Shown: positions 62,583 to 64,000 of the stretch, piece after piece | How the letters are laid out: each line of letters opens with the position of its first letter | How positions within the stretch are numbered: position 1 is the first letter of the stretch | Assembly (NCBI GenBank): GCA_049647585.1 | Contig: JBARXY010000008.1 | Location: forward strand, 2,024-66,023 | Source of the DNA: Microthrixaceae bacterium | GTDB lineage: Bacteria > Actinomycetota > Acidimicrobiia > Acidimicrobiales > Microtrichaceae | Length of the DNA: 64,000 nt | Direction: 5' to 3' | Translations under genes and position numbers: made by a program | Notes under the pieces: generated by a model | What the model saw: the letters and a program-made list of their open reading frames with translations, nothing else | Database searches by the model: none | Told to the model about the DNA's origin: nothing

Positions 62583-63707
62583 TCAGCTCACGACGGCGGT
62601 CTTCGACAGCAACTCGGAAAGGGCGTGACGGGCATCGACTCCGGCTAGTCGGGCATTGGCCGAGACAACGACGCGGTGCGCCAGAACATGGACGGCCAGA
62701 TATTTGATGTCATCAGGTGTCACATAATTGCGACCCGAGGCGGCGGCGTGCACCTTGGCAGCGCTGAGCAGCCCGAGCAGCGCACGTGGCGAGATGCCGA
62801 GCGCAAGATCGCCGGACCGTCGCGAATTGTGGGCCAGATCAACCAGATAGCCGGCCAGTTGATCGGAAACATGAACCGAGGAGGCAGCACGGCTCATCAT
62901 GGTCACATCGTCGGTGGTGGCTACCGGTTTGAGCCTTGGGAGCGACTCGGGCTGTTCGGGGTCCAAGAGCAGGGTGAGCTCCGATTTCCGATCGGGGTAT
63001 CCGACTGAAAGCTGCATCAGGAATCGGTCCAGTTGGCTTTCAGGCAGGGGATAGGTCCCTTGGTGTTCAAGTGGATTCTGGGTGGCGATGACCATGAACG
63101 GGTCCGGTAGTGGGTAGGTGGCTCCGTCGATCGTCACGTGATTCTCGGCCATGGACTCGAGCAACGCCGACTGGGTCTTGGGTGAAGCCCGATTGACCTC
63201 GTCTGCGAGGAGCAGGTTGGAGAAGACAGGCCCAGTGCGAAACTCGAAAGTGCCCGCGTTCTGGTTCCACACAGAAGTCCCAAGGACATCGGAGGGAAGC
63301 AGGTCCGGTGTGAACTGCACTCGACCGAATTCGCCGTGGATAGACCGTGCGAGCGACTTGGCGAGCGCCGTCTTGCCCACCCCGGGGACATCCTCGATCA
63401 GCAGATGTCCACCGGCGACCAAGCAGGTGACCGCGAGCCGGACGGTCTCGCTCTTGCCATGGATGACCTTCTCGACGTTCGCGCATATTGCATCGAACAT
63501 CTCGGTGAAGATCCGCGACTCGGGCGGGTCGATCGAGGTCGTAGTCACTCTGGGGATCCCTTCGAGATGGGCTGCCCAACCACCGATCAGGTCGCTTCCG
63601 GGGTCGGGAGAACCCAAGTCTGCCAGAGCACGGTGGACCACCGCCCCGCGCCCGAGATCCCCCGTGTCCACCGAGGCTGTACCTTGCGCCGATGGTGGAG
63701 CACTCAT
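62583..63707 (-). CDS. MoxR-family AAA+ ATPase
   Basis: Motifs: GGHLLIEDVPGVGKTALAKSLA, LLADEVNRASPKTQSALLE, ATQNP. The start is uncertain and may be internal. Confidence 0.9.
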   Translation of the reverse strand: MSAPPSAQGTASVDTGDLGRGAVVHRALADLGSPDPGSDLIGGWAAHLEGIPRVTTTSIDPPESRIFTEMFDAICANVEKVIHGKSETVRLAVTCLVAGGHLLIEDVPGVGKTALAKSLARSIHGEFGRVQFTPDLLPSDVLGTSVWNQNAGTFEFRTGPVFSNLLLADEVNRASPKTQSALLESMAENHVTIDGATYPLPDPFMVIATQNPLEHQGTYPLPESQLDRFLMQLSVGYPDRKSELTLLLDPEQPESLPRLKPVATTDDVTMMSRAASSVHVSDQLAGYLVDLAHNSRRSGDLALGISPRALLGLLSAAKVHAAASGRNYVTPDDIKYLAVHVLAHRVVVSANARLAGVDARHALSELLSKTAVVS

Positions 63708-64000
63708 TTCGGGCCGGCGGTAGATCGTCGGCTCCGGTTGTCGCAGCGGTGGACATCGGAGGAACGAAGTTGGCCGCGGCAGTGGTGACGCCCGACGGTG
63801 ACATCGTCGGTGGCCGAACCTGTCCGACCAGAGGTGAGGGTCCTGAGGGCTTGTTCGAGGAGCTCCGTGGGCTCCTCGATTCGGCCATCGAATCGTCCGG
63901 ACTGACCCCAGAGGTTGTCGGTGTCGGGTGTGGCGGTCCGATGGAACGCTCGGGTATCACCGTTTCCCCACTCAACATTCCCCAGTGGAGACAGTTCGAA
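63692..64000 (+). CDS. ROK-family protein, 5' part (runs off the window)
   Basis: The frame reads ...VVAAVDIGGTKLAAAVVTPDGDIVGG...VGVGCGGPM. It is open to the window end and is not in the ORF track. The start is uncertain (ATG 63692, GTG 63695 or GTG 63749). Confidence 0.7.
   Translation, partial: MVEHSFRAGGRSSAPVVAAVDIGGTKLAAAVVTPDGDIVGGRTCPTRGEGPEGLFEELRGLLDSAIESSGLTPEVVGVGCGGPMERSGITVSPLNIPQWRQFE

Noticed and set aside
63067-63978. 303-aa minus-strand ORF and the plus-strand ORFs at 63151-63723 and 63336-63788
   Set aside because: These are alternative frames over the MoxR gene and the ROK start. The MoxR Walker A/B and ROK DxGGT motifs identify the true frames.

Overview
High-G+C actinobacterial chromosome segment. 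The assignment rests on WhiB, an MtrA/MtrB/LpqB-like operon, a DUF3040 protein, ROK kinases and a type-A RNase P RNA. The exact taxon cannot be determined from the sequence alone. Most of the window is densely packed housekeeping DNA: class I ribonucleotide reductase nrdA-nrdB behind a promoter with candidate NrdR boxes; a class A PBP; a NarL-type and an OmpR-type two-component system; a glycerol cluster (glpD, FAD-linked oxidase, FGGY kinase) plus a separate glpK-TetR pair; whiB-trpD, queG, an ArsA/Get3-like ATPase operon, ROK glucokinase, aminotransferase, pfkA, inositol monophosphatase, dinB, and a MoxR/DUF58/transglutaminase triad. One RNA gene is clear: rnpB on the minus strand at about 22455-22845, where the ORF track shows only spurious ORFs. 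No tRNA, rRNA, CRISPR array, transposase or integrase was seen. Five regions look accessory or unusual. (1) At the left edge (1-3214) there is a polymorphic-toxin locus: an Rhs/YD-repeat tip, a detached AHH-like nuclease ORF and a 389-aa candidate immunity protein built from three repeats, all in visibly lower-G+C DNA. (2) A HipA N-terminal remnant and a lower-G+C patch lie at about 43.5-46.9 kb. (3) A copper-flavoured cluster (cupredoxin, DUF1996, NosD-like beta-helix) lies at 53.2-56.2 kb. (4) The ArsA-like operon ends in a 746-aa coiled-coil protein with SMC/Rad50-like but degenerate head motifs. (5) Short tandem repeats and a recurring 41-bp palindromic element are unusually frequent at gene boundaries. 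These include duplications of gene termini, a 13-bp repeat array in the nrdA-nrdB spacer and repeat arrays on both sides of rnpB. All calls come from reading the translated ORFs and the DNA by eye; no database search was run.
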